Of a stretch of 64,000 bases of DNA, positions 55,132 to 64,000 are shown one piece after another (within the stretch, counting starts at the first letter, position 1; the number at the start of each line of letters is the position of its first letter). The stretch is taken from assembly GCA_041601615.1 (NCBI GenBank), contig JBFIHX010000004.1:171754-235753 (forward strand), in the 5' to 3' direction. The position numbers and the translations under genes were made by a program. The notes below the pieces were generated by a model. That model was not told the DNA's origin and searched no databases. It saw only the letters and a list, made by a program, of their open reading frames with translations. The DNA is from Thermoplasmatota archaeon. GTDB lineage: Archaea; Thermoplasmatota; E2; JACPAO01; JAHFTW01.

Positions 55132-57852
55132 TTACTTGCCTCCCTTCTTTGCTGCCGCGCGTTCTACTTCGCCAAAGACGAAGTCGTAGTCGACGGGGCT
55201 GCCACTGGCGCTGCGGGTTGGGTCGATGCCGTCCTCTCCGTACTGGAATTGGACGACGGTGCCGGCCGTGTTGCGCACGGTGCCGTCCTGGGCGACCTTG
55301 AGGTCTTCCAGGGCGTTGATGAGACGGCGTTGCATGTAACCGGAGCGGCTGGTACGAACGGCCGTGTCCACGAGACCTTCACGTCCACCCATGGAGTGGA
55401 AGAAGTACTCGGTGGCGGTGAGGCCGGTCTTGTAGCTGCTTGCCACGAAGCCCTTGGCGTTGGCACCGAGGTCTCCCCACTTGAAGTGAGGCAGGGTGCG
55501 CATCTTGTAGCCACGCTTGATGCGTTCACCACGAACCGCCTGTTGGCCAACCATGCCTGCCATCTGCGACAGGTTCAGCATGGAACCACGAGCACCGCAG
55601 CGTGCCATCAGTACGGCCGAGTTGGTCATACCCACTTGATGGGCGACCACTTCACCCGCGTTGTCACGGGCTTGGCCGGTTTCGCGCATGATCTCCATTT
55701 CGAGGGTCTCTTCCAGCGTGCGGCCGGGGAGGCTCTGGAGGGTCTTGCTCTCGTAGGAACCAACCAGTTCGTCCACGCGGTCGCGGGTGCGTTGGGCGGC
55801 TTCGTCGATGTGATCGCGGGCATCCTGGGGGATGTCTTCGTCGTCGATGCTGGTGCTGAAGCCGCGCAGGGTCAGGAAGCCGTTGCCGATCTTCGTGACC
55901 TTGTCGAGGAACTTGCGGGCCTCGGTGCTGCCGTGCTTGCGGCTGATGGTGTCAAGGATGATGCCCTTGAAGGAGGCGATCGATTTTTCGTCGATGCCGC
56001 CGCTGATCAGTTTGCCGTTCTCGATGACGACCCAGTAGTCGTTTTCGGGCTTGCGGGCTTCTTCCTCGGTCATGCCGGGGGGGCAGGCGGCCGTGCGGTA
56101 GCTGAGGTTCAGGTCGTCCGGCAGCAGGGTGCTGAACAGGTCCTTACCCCAGACGTACTTGCGCATCTCGCCGCTGGCTTCGTGCTTTTCTTCGAAGATG
56201 TCCGGGAGCTGTCCCTTGAAGCCGACGCGGGCGAGTACCTGCGTGGCGTCTTCTAGAGCGAGCTTGGGGCCGTGGTAGCCGGGCTCGAAGAAGTTCCAGG
56301 TCAGCAGGAAGTTGCCCGAGATGTGGTCGTGGATGGCGCCAATGATGGGGCCACCAAAGCGCGGGGAACGGATGTTCTCCTGCACCTTCATGAGAATCTC
56401 GGCTTCGGCGCGGGCCTCTTCTCCCTGGATGATGTGCATGTTCATCTCGTCGCCGTCAAAGTCGGCGTTGTAGGGGGGACAGCACGGCAGGTTGAAGCGG
56501 AACGTCTTGCCGGGCATGACGCGCACGGTGTGGCACATCATGCTCATGCGGTGCAGCGTGGGCTGTCGGTTGAACAGGACCACGTCGCCGTCGTTCAGTT
56601 GGCGCTCGATGACGGAGCCGGCGTCGAGGCGCTTGGCCACTTCGTCACAGTTCTTGTCCGTGACTTTGACGCGGCGACCGTCGGTGCGGCGCACGTAGTT
56701 GACGCCGGGGATGTACAGCTTGCCCGGGGGCGGGCTGGGGTCGTTGCCGCGCAGGATGAGTTCCTGGCAGTAGGCGAAGTTGGCGGCCGTGACGCGGACC
56801 GGGATGGTCAACTCGCGGGCGCACTGGATGGGGCAGCCCACTTCGTTGATGCTCAGGTTCGGGTCGGGACTGATGACGGTACGAGCCGAGAAGTTGACGC
56901 GCTTACCCGACAAGTTGGACCGGAAGCGTCCTTCCTTACCCTTCAGGCGCTGGCTGATCGTCTTCAAGGGACGACCGCTGCGGTGACGGGCCGGGGGAAT
57001 GCCGGCGGTCTGGTTGTCGAAGTACGTCGTGATGTGGTACTGCAAGAGTTCCCACAAGTCTTCAACGATGAGCTGAGGAGCACCGGCGTCACGGTTCTCT
57101 TGCAGGCGCTGGTTGATGCGAATGACGTCCACGAGTTTGTGGGTCAAGTCGTCTTCCGAGCGCTCACCGGAGTCGAGCGTGATGCTGGGGCGCATGGTGA
57201 CCGGGGGCACCGGCAGGACGGTCAGGACCATCCATTCGGGGCGGCACACGCTGGGGTTGAGGCCGAGCAGGGGCAGGTCCTCGTCGGGCACCTTTTCGAG
57301 CCACTCGCGGACCTCCGAGGGGGTCATCTTGTGGCCGTTCTCGCGGAACGTCGTGGGCTTGTCCACGTCGATGGCGCCGTGTTCGCGGCCGCAGTGCGGG
57401 CACACGGTCACGTTGCTGGCGTCCTTGGCGACCTTCTTGGCCAAGGGCGTCGGGTCCTTGCCTTCGTTGAGGTAGTTGTTGAGGACTCGGTCGTATTCCT
57501 CGCGGATACGCTCCGAGAACAGCACCTTGCCGCAGCCACGGCAGGACGATCGCAGGATGTCGCGCACGGTGCGCACGAAACCGACGTGGATGACCGGCAT
57601 GGCAAGGTCGATGTGACCAAAGTGACCGGGGCAGTCGCCGACCTTTTGGCCGCAGGTCTTGCAGCGCAGGCCGGGCTCGATGACACCCAGGCGGGGGTCC
57701 ATCAGGCCCATCTCGATCGGGAAGCCATCGTCGTCGTAGGTGTCGGCGGTGATGATCTTCGTGGCGGAGAGGCCGCGCACTTCCTTCGGGCTGAGAAGCC
57801 CGAATTCCATGTATCCGATCTTCTTGGGTTGGTTTGTCAACGTCGGGTTCAT
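55132..57852 (-). CDS. rpoA1: RNA polymerase subunit A'
   Basis: [18 protein letters not shown] catalytic motif, GYMQRRL. Confidence 0.98.
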   Translation of the reverse strand: MNPTLTNQPKKIGYMEFGLLSPKEVRGLSATKIITADTYDDDGFPIEMGLMDPRLGVIEPGLRCKTCGQKVGDCPGHFGHIDLAMPVIHVGFVRTVRDILRSSCRGCGKVLFSERIREEYDRVLNNYLNEGKDPTPLAKKVAKDASNVTVCPHCGREHGAIDVDKPTTFRENGHKMTPSEVREWLEKVPDEDLPLLGLNPSVCRPEWMVLTVLPVPPVTMRPSITLDSGERSEDDLTHKLVDVIRINQRLQENRDAGAPQLIVEDLWELLQYHITTYFDNQTAGIPPARHRSGRPLKTISQRLKGKEGRFRSNLSGKRVNFSARTVISPDPNLSINEVGCPIQCARELTIPVRVTAANFAYCQELILRGNDPSPPPGKLYIPGVNYVRRTDGRRVKVTDKNCDEVAKRLDAGSVIERQLNDGDVVLFNRQPTLHRMSMMCHTVRVMPGKTFRFNLPCCPPYNADFDGDEMNMHIIQGEEARAEAEILMKVQENIRSPRFGGPIIGAIHDHISGNFLLTWNFFEPGYHGPKLALEDATQVLARVGFKGQLPDIFEEKHEASGEMRKYVWGKDLFSTLLPDDLNLSYRTAACPPGMTEEEARKPENDYWVVIENGKLISGGIDEKSIASFKGIILDTISRKHGSTEARKFLDKVTKIGNGFLTLRGFSTSIDDEDIPQDARDHIDEAAQRTRDRVDELVGSYESKTLQSLPGRTLEETLEMEIMRETGQARDNAGEVVAHQVGMTNSAVLMARCGARGSMLNLSQMAGMVGQQAVRGERIKRGYKMRTLPHFKWGDLGANAKGFVASSYKTGLTATEYFFHSMGGREGLVDTAVRTSRSGYMQRRLINALEDLKVAQDGTVRNTAGTVVQFQYGEDGIDPTRSASGSPVDYDFVFGEVERAAAKKGGK

Positions 57853-60800
57853 GCAATACTCTCCAGGCGCATGCGGGGGGCAAGCATGAGTGCCTGCAAC
57901 TCCTCCATGAGGAGCTTGTATGCGTAGCTCATTTCCACGGGGTGGATGTCAGCGTCGTCGCCACTGCTCAGGCTGCGGTAGAATCCGCGGCGGTCAAGCA
58001 TGCCGATGAAGCCGCTCTTGGCGTCCACGTATTGGACGGTGCGGTCGGATTCGTCGAGGAGACGGTCCTTGATGACCATGGCAGCACCGTGGCCGATGAG
58101 GGCGTCGCGCTCCATCTCACCAAAGCGCAGACCACCGTCACGGGCGCGGCCCTCGGTGGGTTGGCGGGTCAAGATCTGCACGGGTCCGCGGCTGCGGGCG
58201 TGGATCTTGCCGGATACCATGTGGTGCAGCTTCTGGTAGTAGATGCAGCCCACGAAGATGTCCACTTGGTAGCGGCGACCAGTTTGGCCGTCGTGCAGGC
58301 TGCGCTTGCCGTTGTGCTTGAAGCCGTTGGCAAGCAGAGCCGAGCGCAGGACTTCTTCGTCGTCGGCGCCGGTGAATGCGGTGCCGTCCATGAAGCGTCC
58401 TTCCATGCTGCCGACCAGGCCGCCGATCATTTCCAGAACGTGGGCGACGGTCATGCGGCTCGGAATGGCGTGGGGGTTGACGACGATGTCGGGCGTGATG
58501 CCATACTCGTCGAAGGGCATACCTTCTTGGGGAACGATCAGGCCCAGCACACCCTTTTGGCCGTGCTTGGACGCGAACTTGTCGCCCAGTTCAGGAATGC
58601 GCTGGTCGCGCACCTTGATCTTGACCATGCGGCTGCCGTTGACGGATTCCGTGAGCATCACGGTGTCGACGAAGCCCTTCTCGCCGTGGCGCACGGTGAC
58701 CGAGGTCTCGCGGCGCTTCTGGGGGGTCAGGAAGTCGGTGGGTTCTTCGAGGAAGCGGGGGGGACTGGTCTTGCCGATGAGCACGTCGCCGCCACTGACG
58801 GGGCGCTCGGGGGAGATCAGGCCGTCTTCCTCGATGTAATTGTACATCTCTTCTGGGCGAACTCCGCGGCATTCGGGGTCGGGGCGCTCGAAGCGGTCCT
58901 CTTGACCACCGGGGTAGCGGCGCTCTTCAGTGCTGTAGGTACGGAAGAAGCTGCTTCGGCCGAGTCCACGCTCGATAGACGCCTTGTTCATGACAATGGC
59001 GTCTTCCATGTTGTAGCCGTGGAACGACATGACGCCCACGACGAAGTTTTGGCCGGCGGGGCGCTCGTTGAAGTTCAGGTACTTGGCGGCGTGGGTCTGC
59101 ACCAGCGGGGCCTGCGGGTAGTGCAGGAGGTGACCGCGGGTGTCGGGTCGGATGCGGTAGTTGGCGTCACCGAAACCGAGCGACTGCTTACCCATGCCCG
59201 CACCCATGGTGATGCGGGGGGACGAGTTGTGCTCAGGGTACGGCACCAGACTGGAACCAATGCCGAGGATGACCATGGGGTCGATCTCGCAGTGGGTGTG
59301 GTCGGGGGTGACGAGGCTGGGCTCGACGGCGATGAACAGGTTCTCCTCTTCTTCGGCGTCGATGTATTCGATGCAGCCTTCGTTGACGAGGTCGGACCAG
59401 CGCAGGCGTCCTTCTTGGATGTCCTTCTGGTATTCGTCGGTGTAGCGCAGCTTGCCGCTCTCGACGGAAAGCAGGGGGCGGCGGACACGGCCGGCGTCAC
59501 AGTTTAGGAAGACAGCGCCGGATTCCTCTTCGAGGTAGACGTTGACTTCGTTGCTCAGCAGACCGGCGCGGCGGCGTTCCTTGATGCGTTGGACGAGGTC
59601 CTTGGCGTCCTCGTGCAGACCCACTAGGTCTCCGTTGAGGAACACTTGGACGCCGGGAGCGTCGCGCTCCACGGGGCGCAAGCCAAAGTCGCGCAGGACG
59701 CGCTCGACTTCGCGCTCCGGGAAGCCCTCGGAGATTTCCACGCAAAGACTCAGGTTCTTCACGAGGCCACAGTTGGGCCCTTCTGGAGTCTCGTTGGGGC
59801 ACAGGCGACCCCATTGGGTCGAGTGCAAGTCACGAGCTTCGAAGTGAGGCTGGCTGCGCGTCAGGGGCGACGTCACACGGCGCATGTGCGACAGGGCAGC
59901 CAAGTTCGATGTGCGGTCCAGGAGCTGGCTGACACCGGCGCGGCCACTAACCCAGTTGCCGGTGGCGAGGCTGTGCAGCAGGCGCTGCGTCAGCACGTCG
60001 GCACGGACGGCGGTTTGGATCTTCACGTCGCGGTTGCGAGCGTGGGCGCGTTCGAGTTGGTACTTCAAGTCCTTGCAGAGCGCCATGAAAGCGACGCGGA
60101 ACAAGTCCTCCATGAGGTCGCCGGCAAGCTTCAGGCGCTTGTTGGAGTAGTGGTCCTTGTCGTCTTCCTCGCGAAGACCAAGGTGGAGTTCGAAGACCGA
60201 CTGACCCATCCGGGCAAGGAAGATGGCCTTCGTGATGCGGTCCTCGGGTTCCTGGCCCAAGTGGGGCAGGAGGTTGCGGTCCATGAGGGCCTCGACGCGC
60301 TTGACTCGGTATTCCTTGGCTTGGCCACCGGCCAGGCGCTTACCGAGGTATGCGATCGCTTCCTCACGGGTAGCCACACCGTATTCTTCAGCGGCGGATT
60401 CGATGTTGCCCAGGATGAGGGGTTCCATCGCTTCGTCGCTTTGGATGGCGTGAACGATTTCTTCGTCAGATTCCATGCCGAGGGCACGAAGCAGGACGAC
60501 GAGGGGGATTTGGCCGCTGGCGCTGGGCACGGTGACCATGAGGTCGCCGTCCTTCTTGCGCTCCACGACCACGAGGGCGCGGTAGCCTTCGTGCTGGCTG
60601 AACACCTTGGCGATTTCCACGTCGGTGCCGTAGCGGGTGGCCTTCTCGACCAGGACACGGTTGGGCGCCAGGTCTTCGAGGGTGATCAGGACACGCTCGG
60701 TGCCGTTGGAGATGAAGTATCCGCCGGGGTCCAAGGGGTCTTCCTGCAACTCAATGAGCTTGGCCTTGTACTCTTCATCAGAGAACGGCCGCCCCTCGGT

Positions 60801-61214
60801 CTCTTCGAGGGTCTTGCGGTTGATGTTGCAGTGGTTGGAGTGGGCCATGATCGGCAAGCGGCCGACCTGGACCAGTTCCGGCTCGTGCTCGATGCCGTCG
60901 ATGACGGGGATGAATTCGAGTGTCAAGGGTGCTTGGTAGGTTAGATTGCGCAGCCGGCTCTCCATGGGGGTGAGCGGGCGCAGAGAACCGTCGGCTTCCT
61001 TGACCACGGGGCGACCGATGCCGATCTTCCCGAGTTTGATGTAGTATCCCTCGATGTCTGTCTGAACGACGCCGCGCTCCGCTGTGTCGTCGTCGCCGAT
61101 CCGGATGTGATCGATGACGTGCTGCAGGCGGTGCGCAACGAAGTCGTTGTACGAGGCGATGTGGTGGTTGACGATGGAGCGTTCTGCGTAGAACGCGTCG
61201 ACGAGTTCGCGCAT
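57849..61214 (-). CDS. rpoB: RNA polymerase subunit B (unsplit)
   Basis: [33 protein letters not shown]. Confidence 0.98.
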   Translation of the reverse strand: MRELVDAFYAERSIVNHHIASYNDFVAHRLQHVIDHIRIGDDDTAERGVVQTDIEGYYIKLGKIGIGRPVVKEADGSLRPLTPMESRLRNLTYQAPLTLEFIPVIDGIEHEPELVQVGRLPIMAHSNHCNINRKTLEETEGRPFSDEEYKAKLIELQEDPLDPGGYFISNGTERVLITLEDLAPNRVLVEKATRYGTDVEIAKVFSQHEGYRALVVVERKKDGDLMVTVPSASGQIPLVVLLRALGMESDEEIVHAIQSDEAMEPLILGNIESAAEEYGVATREEAIAYLGKRLAGGQAKEYRVKRVEALMDRNLLPHLGQEPEDRITKAIFLARMGQSVFELHLGLREEDDKDHYSNKRLKLAGDLMEDLFRVAFMALCKDLKYQLERAHARNRDVKIQTAVRADVLTQRLLHSLATGNWVSGRAGVSQLLDRTSNLAALSHMRRVTSPLTRSQPHFEARDLHSTQWGRLCPNETPEGPNCGLVKNLSLCVEISEGFPEREVERVLRDFGLRPVERDAPGVQVFLNGDLVGLHEDAKDLVQRIKERRRAGLLSNEVNVYLEEESGAVFLNCDAGRVRRPLLSVESGKLRYTDEYQKDIQEGRLRWSDLVNEGCIEYIDAEEEENLFIAVEPSLVTPDHTHCEIDPMVILGIGSSLVPYPEHNSSPRITMGAGMGKQSLGFGDANYRIRPDTRGHLLHYPQAPLVQTHAAKYLNFNERPAGQNFVVGVMSFHGYNMEDAIVMNKASIERGLGRSSFFRTYSTEERRYPGGQEDRFERPDPECRGVRPEEMYNYIEEDGLISPERPVSGGDVLIGKTSPPRFLEEPTDFLTPQKRRETSVTVRHGEKGFVDTVMLTESVNGSRMVKIKVRDQRIPELGDKFASKHGQKGVLGLIVPQEGMPFDEYGITPDIVVNPHAIPSRMTVAHVLEMIGGLVGSMEGRFMDGTAFTGADDEEVLRSALLANGFKHNGKRSLHDGQTGRRYQVDIFVGCIYYQKLHHMVSGKIHARSRGPVQILTRQPTEGRARDGGLRFGEMERDALIGHGAAMVIKDRLLDESDRTVQYVDAKSGFIGMLDRRGFYRSLSSGDDADIHPVEMSYAYKLLMEELQALMLAPRMRLESIA

Positions 61215-61224
61215 GGAATGGCTC

Positions 61225-61479
61225 CTAAATGGCCTCTACGACGAGGCGGTGTACGATGAAGCGGCCCGCGGTGGGACTTGTTCGCGTGATGCGAAGGATG
61301 TTGCCTGGCTTGGCCCCAACAACCCGTGCTGCGGGGTCGGTGGCCTTGATCTTAGGCAGCTGTTCTTTCACGATGTCGTACTTCGTGAGGAGGGGTGCTA
61401 CCTCCTCATCGGGGACGATCTCGTGCAGCGGCACGATATCGTGATTCAGAACATTGAAACGGAGGTCTTCGTCTGTCAA
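61225..61479 (-). CDS. rpoH: RNA polymerase subunit H
   Basis: [25 protein letters not shown]; likely TTG start after a GGTGA RBS. Confidence 0.95.
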   Translation of the reverse strand: MTDEDLRFNVLNHDIVPLHEIVPDEEVAPLLTKYDIVKEQLPKIKATDPAARVVGAKPGNILRITRTSPTAGRFIVHRLVVEAI

Positions 61480-61719
61480 GGGATCACCTGAGACTCTGCC
61501 GGAGCGGCTTCTCCTCAGCGGAACCAGAAGGCACGGCCTACCCCTGGTTCCCTGATGCAAAACGCGCCGAAGAGGGGGGGGTATAAACCCCTTGTGGGGC
61601 CGTGAAGCGGATGCAATTGGGCCAACGGAATATGAGGTTTTCCAGACGATTGGCCCGCTGCGTATCCATGCAGAGGCAGTTCACGAGAGAAACAAGGGAG
61701 GAAGAAATGGGGAAAGGGA

Positions 61720-61793
61720 CGGGCGCTACCGGGTTCGAACCGGCGACCGGCGGGTTAAAAGCCCGCTGCTCTACCTGACTAAGCTAAGCGCCC
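61720..61793 (-). tRNA. tRNA-Lys (TTT)
   Basis: GGGCGCT/AGCGCCC acceptor stem, GCGGG-CT-TTT-AA-CCCGC anticodon arm, GGTTCGAACCC T-loop. Confidence 0.95.
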
Positions 61794-61923
61794 ATGGGAG
61801 GGGTTGCGAGGATTTCGCCGAATCAGAGGTGGATGAAAAGCTCGTTGATGCCGGACGGCGACCGACGAGCCGTCTTGCCGAGGACCCACAACCTGAAATC
61901 GACTCCCTATCTCGCGCCGTTCT

Positions 61924-62190
61924 ATGGGAGAAGTCCTGATCAAATACCGTGTCATGCCCGACGGCGTCGAAGTGGACCTTGACGCGCTCAAAACCCGCCT
62001 CGGTGCCGCCATGCCCGATTTCGCCAAGTTGCAGTCCTGCGACGCCGTGCCGTTCGCGTTCGGCATGAAGGCACTCGTGACGACCATTGTGGTCCAAGAC
62101 GAGGAAGGCAACAGCGACAAACTCGAAGAGATTGTCCACAACGTCGACGGCGTCCAGGGCGTCGAGCTCGTTGAAATGGGCCGACTCTGA
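61924..62190 (+). CDS. ef1b: Translation elongation factor 1-beta
   Basis: MGEVLIKYRVMP, PFAFGMKAL. Confidence 0.93.
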   Translation: MGEVLIKYRVMPDGVEVDLDALKTRLGAAMPDFAKLQSCDAVPFAFGMKALVTTIVVQDEEGNSDKLEEIVHNVDGVQGVELVEMGRL

Positions 62191-62292
62191 TCGGTCCCTT
62201 CGAACTGTCTCAACTGGGCACAGAAATGTCCCCGCTTTCTCCCCCTCCCCACCTTGTGACCCTAGTGTGGCCCCCGCCGCAACGCTTTCAGC

Positions 62293-62922
62293 ATGGCGCT
62301 TGTGCCCGCAATTGTGGTCCGCACCCTGATTGAGGATGCCATTTGCCCGGCCTGCAACAGCAAGGGCATGGAGTACAACGCAGAGCAGATTGATCTGCCG
62401 TACCTTGGCCAATCGTTGGAGACGATGTTGCGCTGCGACGAGTGCGGCTACCGGCACACGGATTTTGTGCTCCTCGACACGAAGGACCCGATGCGCTTCT
62501 CCTACCGCGTCACCGCAGCGGACGACATGATGGTCCGTGTGGTTCGCAGCGGCAGCGGCACCATCCGCATTCCGGAACTCGGCATTGAAATCGAGCCCGG
62601 CATGGCAAGCGAGGCGTTCATCACCAACATCGAGGGCATCATCGTCCGCGTTGAACGCGTCCTGGATCAATTGCACCGCGACGCCGAGGACGACGAGAGT
62701 CGGGCCAAGATCGAAGCACTGCAAGCCGTCTTCGCGGCAATGCGCGAGGGTAAAGCGAATCCCGTGACACTTGTTTTGGAGGATCCCTTTGGCAATTCAG
62801 CCATTCTCGCCGAAAAGGCCGTCAGCGAGCCGATTCCCGAAGACGAAGCGGCGAAACTAAAGGTTGGAACATTCGTCTTCGACCAAAGCGAATTGAATGG
62901 GCCAACCTCAGAAGAGGAGTAG
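62293..62922 (+). CDS. ZPR1 zinc-finger protein
   Basis: CPAC...LPY...CDECGY, IRIPELG, ITNIEG, DPFGNS. Confidence 0.93.
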   Translation: MALVPAIVVRTLIEDAICPACNSKGMEYNAEQIDLPYLGQSLETMLRCDECGYRHTDFVLLDTKDPMRFSYRVTAADDMMVRVVRSGSGTIRIPELGIEIEPGMASEAFITNIEGIIVRVERVLDQLHRDAEDDESRAKIEALQAVFAAMREGKANPVTLVLEDPFGNSAILAEKAVSEPIPEDEAAKLKVGTFVFDQSELNGPTSEEE

Positions 62923-62943
62923 GGGGAAGAGGTGGCGCGCGGG

Positions 62944-63876
62944 CTAGGTGCTGCGCAAAACGCCGAGCGTGGGTTCGTAGACGAGCCCTTTGTCCATGAG
63001 GCGGTTGAGTGCCTCCTCGACAGATTCGTCCGTGGCGCCTTCCACGTCGGTCTTGGCGCGTTCTAGGATTTGGTCCCATTGCGCTCCACCGTCGCCTTCG
63101 AGTGCTTGAAGCGTCTGGAGTACGGCGTCGTCGAATGCTTCCTGTTCCGCGTCGGCCTCTTGGGTGTTTGCGGAGGGAACCGGGGGCGTCCAAGCAGGTG
63201 CGGTGGATTCTTCGGGTGCGTCTTCGCGAGGGGCGACCTTGTGGGTTTCGAAGGTGCCGCCGGGCAGAAGGCCTTGCAGGCAGAGACGAACGGTCTCGCG
63301 GTGGCCACTGACGTCCAGGACGCCGTAGTGCTCATGGGCGAGCATGGCGCCCGTGGCGACCTCGGCTCGAATGCCCGCGGATTGCAGGTCTTCGGGGGCG
63401 ATGGTTCCTTTGTTGATTGCTTCCGTTGCCTCGATGCGGTCCAGGGTGCAGCGAGCGGTTTGAAGCACCCACTGGTCCCGTGTCTCCTCCGAAACCTCAT
63501 TGATGGTCTCGGGACGGATGCTCACGAACACCGTACCCGGTTCGGGTTCGTAGGTGCGCGCCTTACCAGTGACGGCGAGGTAGCAGGGCGGTTGGAGTTC
63601 CGTTAGGACTTGGGCTGCCTCGGGTTGGTATTGGCCCGCGTACACCACGTAGATGCCCGTGGGGTCGCTGATGCGGGCGCGGTACACGTCGCCGGATTCT
63701 CCGACGGGTTCCACGTCCGTACAGACGCCGACGACGTGCACGCGATTCATTTTGGCGCCCAGAGGCGAGACGACGAAGCTGGGCTCGCGTTCCTCGGCGT
63801 TGCCCTTGATTTCATGGCGGCTTGCGTTGAACTCTTCGGCAAAGAGGCGGTAGGCGGTTTCTCTTTTAAACGCCAT
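62944..63876 (-). CDS. RPA-associated OB-fold protein (RPA32-like, C-terminal wHTH)
   Basis: RETAYRLFAEEF, SPLGAKMNRV, DPTG...YAGQYQPEA, GLVYEP. Confidence 0.88.
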   Translation of the reverse strand: MAFKRETAYRLFAEEFNASRHEIKGNAEEREPSFVVSPLGAKMNRVHVVGVCTDVEPVGESGDVYRARISDPTGIYVVYAGQYQPEAAQVLTELQPPCYLAVTGKARTYEPEPGTVFVSIRPETINEVSEETRDQWVLQTARCTLDRIEATEAINKGTIAPEDLQSAGIRAEVATGAMLAHEHYGVLDVSGHRETVRLCLQGLLPGGTFETHKVAPREDAPEESTAPAWTPPVPSANTQEADAEQEAFDDAVLQTLQALEGDGGAQWDQILERAKTDVEGATDESVEEALNRLMDKGLVYEPTLGVLRST

Positions 63877-64000
63877 CAGAGCACCTCCGTGCTCTGAGGG
63901 CGCCCGAGCGAAGCGAGGGAATCCTTGGTGGACTGCTTGCAGTCCGCTATGGTGGCCATCAGAGCACCTCCGTGCTCTGAGGGCGCCCGAGCGAAGCGAG
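63872..64000 (-). repeat. Junction-duplicating hairpin repeat containing a 27-aa mini-ORF (63876-63959); continues past window edge
   Basis: Identical 46-bp copies at 63872-63917 and 63955-64000 (period 83), including the GGAGGTG RBS and TGATG stop/start. Confidence 0.88.

Noticed and set aside
53809-60944. Long plus-strand ORFs (815, 551, 557, 432 aa) opposite the rpo genes, and similar ones opposite the suf and men genes
   Set aside because: Antisense shadows of GC-rich codon usage with no recognisable motifs.
63872-64000. CRISPR interpretation of the direct repeats (also at 32109 and 35905)
   Set aside because: Only two copies are visible at each site, they overlap gene ends or starts, they differ between loci, and there are no cas genes.

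Overview
GC-rich archaeal chromosomal window, most likely Thermoplasmatota (inferred from an unsplit RpoB, an N-terminally extended RpoA2 and the rpoH-B-A1-A2-rpl30e-nusA order). Core genes: citrate synthase, a bacterial-type sufBCDSU-sufT operon, a beta-oxidation/ETF operon, sepF, rpl37e, tRNA-Leu(TAG), a menaquinone operon (menFDB-orf-ACE plus menG), the RNA polymerase operon, tRNA-Lys(TTT), EF-1beta, ZPR1 and an RPA-associated gene. Features not shown by the ORF track: (1) an integrase-less integron cassette array at about 13.0-16.3 kb with one canonical, one altered and one decayed attC site; (2) three short hairpin-rich inserts at stop/start junctions that duplicate the junction and form 27-34 aa mini-ORFs preserving translational coupling, plus a related repeat at the sepF 3' end; (3) three related modules, each with a small secreted two-Cys protein and a membrane-anchored wHTH or TPR protein, plus a lipoprotein and/or a soluble tandem wHTH; (4) two paralogous 17-20 aa micro-ORFs ending in an HbYX-like motif; (5) a 31-aa peptide coupled to an orphan PqqD/RRE; (6) a GAACATGTTC palindrome found four times, always intergenic; (7) a 6.2-kb block bracketed by a copy of the etfA 3' end. 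All calls come from manual reading; no database searches were run.
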